DNA of 64,000 bases from Seison nebaliae. Its lineage: Eukaryota. The notes under the pieces were generated by a model. The model did not search any database, was not told where the DNA came from, and worked only from the letters and a program-made list of their open reading frames with translations. The DNA lies in contig JALJEE010001840.1 in assembly GCA_023231475.1 (NCBI GenBank), forward strand, positions 1 through 64,000. The letters are read 5' to 3'. This document shows positions 63,109 through 64,000 of the stretch, in pieces (within the stretch, counting starts at the first letter, position 1; every line of letters starts with the position of its first letter). The position numbers and the translations under genes are program-made.

Positions 63109-64000
63109 AATTCTAAATGAATTTTTTATCTACCTAACTAGAATGGAGACAACAGAAATGTTGGCAAAATTCGAAGGAAAAAAAAACAATTAAACACGAA
63201 ATGCTTTTCGCTTAATATTTTCCATTCTAATCTTTACAAAGGTCGAATTTTTTGTTATTCCTTCTTCTTCGATCATCTCCTCATATATCTCATATATTGG
63301 TTTAGGTTAGTGTCGTTCGATCACTCCTATAACATTTCGCTCACATGTGAGAAATCGATGAATAATGTGTTGAGATGACTTTCTCTCGATATTTCGTCTC
63401 AACCTAAAATATGGTGGTAAAACTTTACTAATTCTAATTAAATTCAATGATATTCTGTCAGAAGAGATATTGTCACGAGAACGATCGTTTTCGTCATCAA
63501 AATACTTCCTATGATTATAACAATTTCTATTTAAATTCTTTTTCTATCAAAAAAGTTTATGCGCTTCTTTATCCAGCCAAAAGACAATTTTCACAACGAC
63601 GTGTGACTGAGGAGCGAATTGACATAATCTCTAAGTGTTTTTCTTCTCAAAAAAATAATTTGCTTTTCGATTATTTATTTAATCATTTCAATCTCTAGTT
63701 GTCAATGTTCTCAATTGAAAAAGTAATAAAAATTTTATTACGTAAAAAATTTCCAATAAACAACCCCAATCAATATGATGATTTCCATAATCAGAATGCA
63801 ATACACCAAAATTTTGTTGCCAAACATTCTTAAAGGAAATTATATGAAAGAACAACAGGGAATAAAAAATTAACCTCATTTTAATTCGATTAGTCAATTT
63901 TTTTGCTCTTCCTAAAGTAGTGTCCGTCTCATGTAACTTTAATTTTCAAAAGAGACATGAGAAAATAATAGAAATATTTTTTAAATTTAACATTCTGTTG

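Noticed and set aside
1..64000. CRISPR arrays, prokaryotic operons, rRNA genes or an alternative genetic code
   Set aside because: No regularly spaced repeat-spacer array or rRNA-like sequence was seen; ORF breaks are explained by short GT-AG introns, and conserved genes end at standard TAA/TGA stops.

Overview
AT-rich, gene-dense eukaryotic DNA from an animal with a compact genome; the taxon cannot be fixed from the sequence, and a spiralian such as a rotifer relative is only a guess. Genes use the standard code and are split by very short GT-AG introns (mostly 31-66 bp), nearly all with a GTT donor. In order: a mannose-6-phosphate isomerase homologue lacking its catalytic residues, DIMT1, CPPED1, a ~3,600-aa PCDH15/Cad99C-type cadherin, NOP58, three tandem membrane-anchored CAP/SCP genes, a LINE RT scrap, a C-type-lectin-like gene, CPSF1, a ~2,000-aa ankyrin-TRP channel, a basic protein starting with a histone H3K9-like motif, NUP93, an adenylate-kinase-like protein with a broken P-loop, an internally deleted LINE, a ~1.07-kb MITE with a nested foldback, a six-cysteine neuropeptide-like precursor and two low-complexity orphan ORFs. 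No rRNA, intact tRNA or CRISPR array was seen. All exon models were built by hand and need RNA-seq confirmation.
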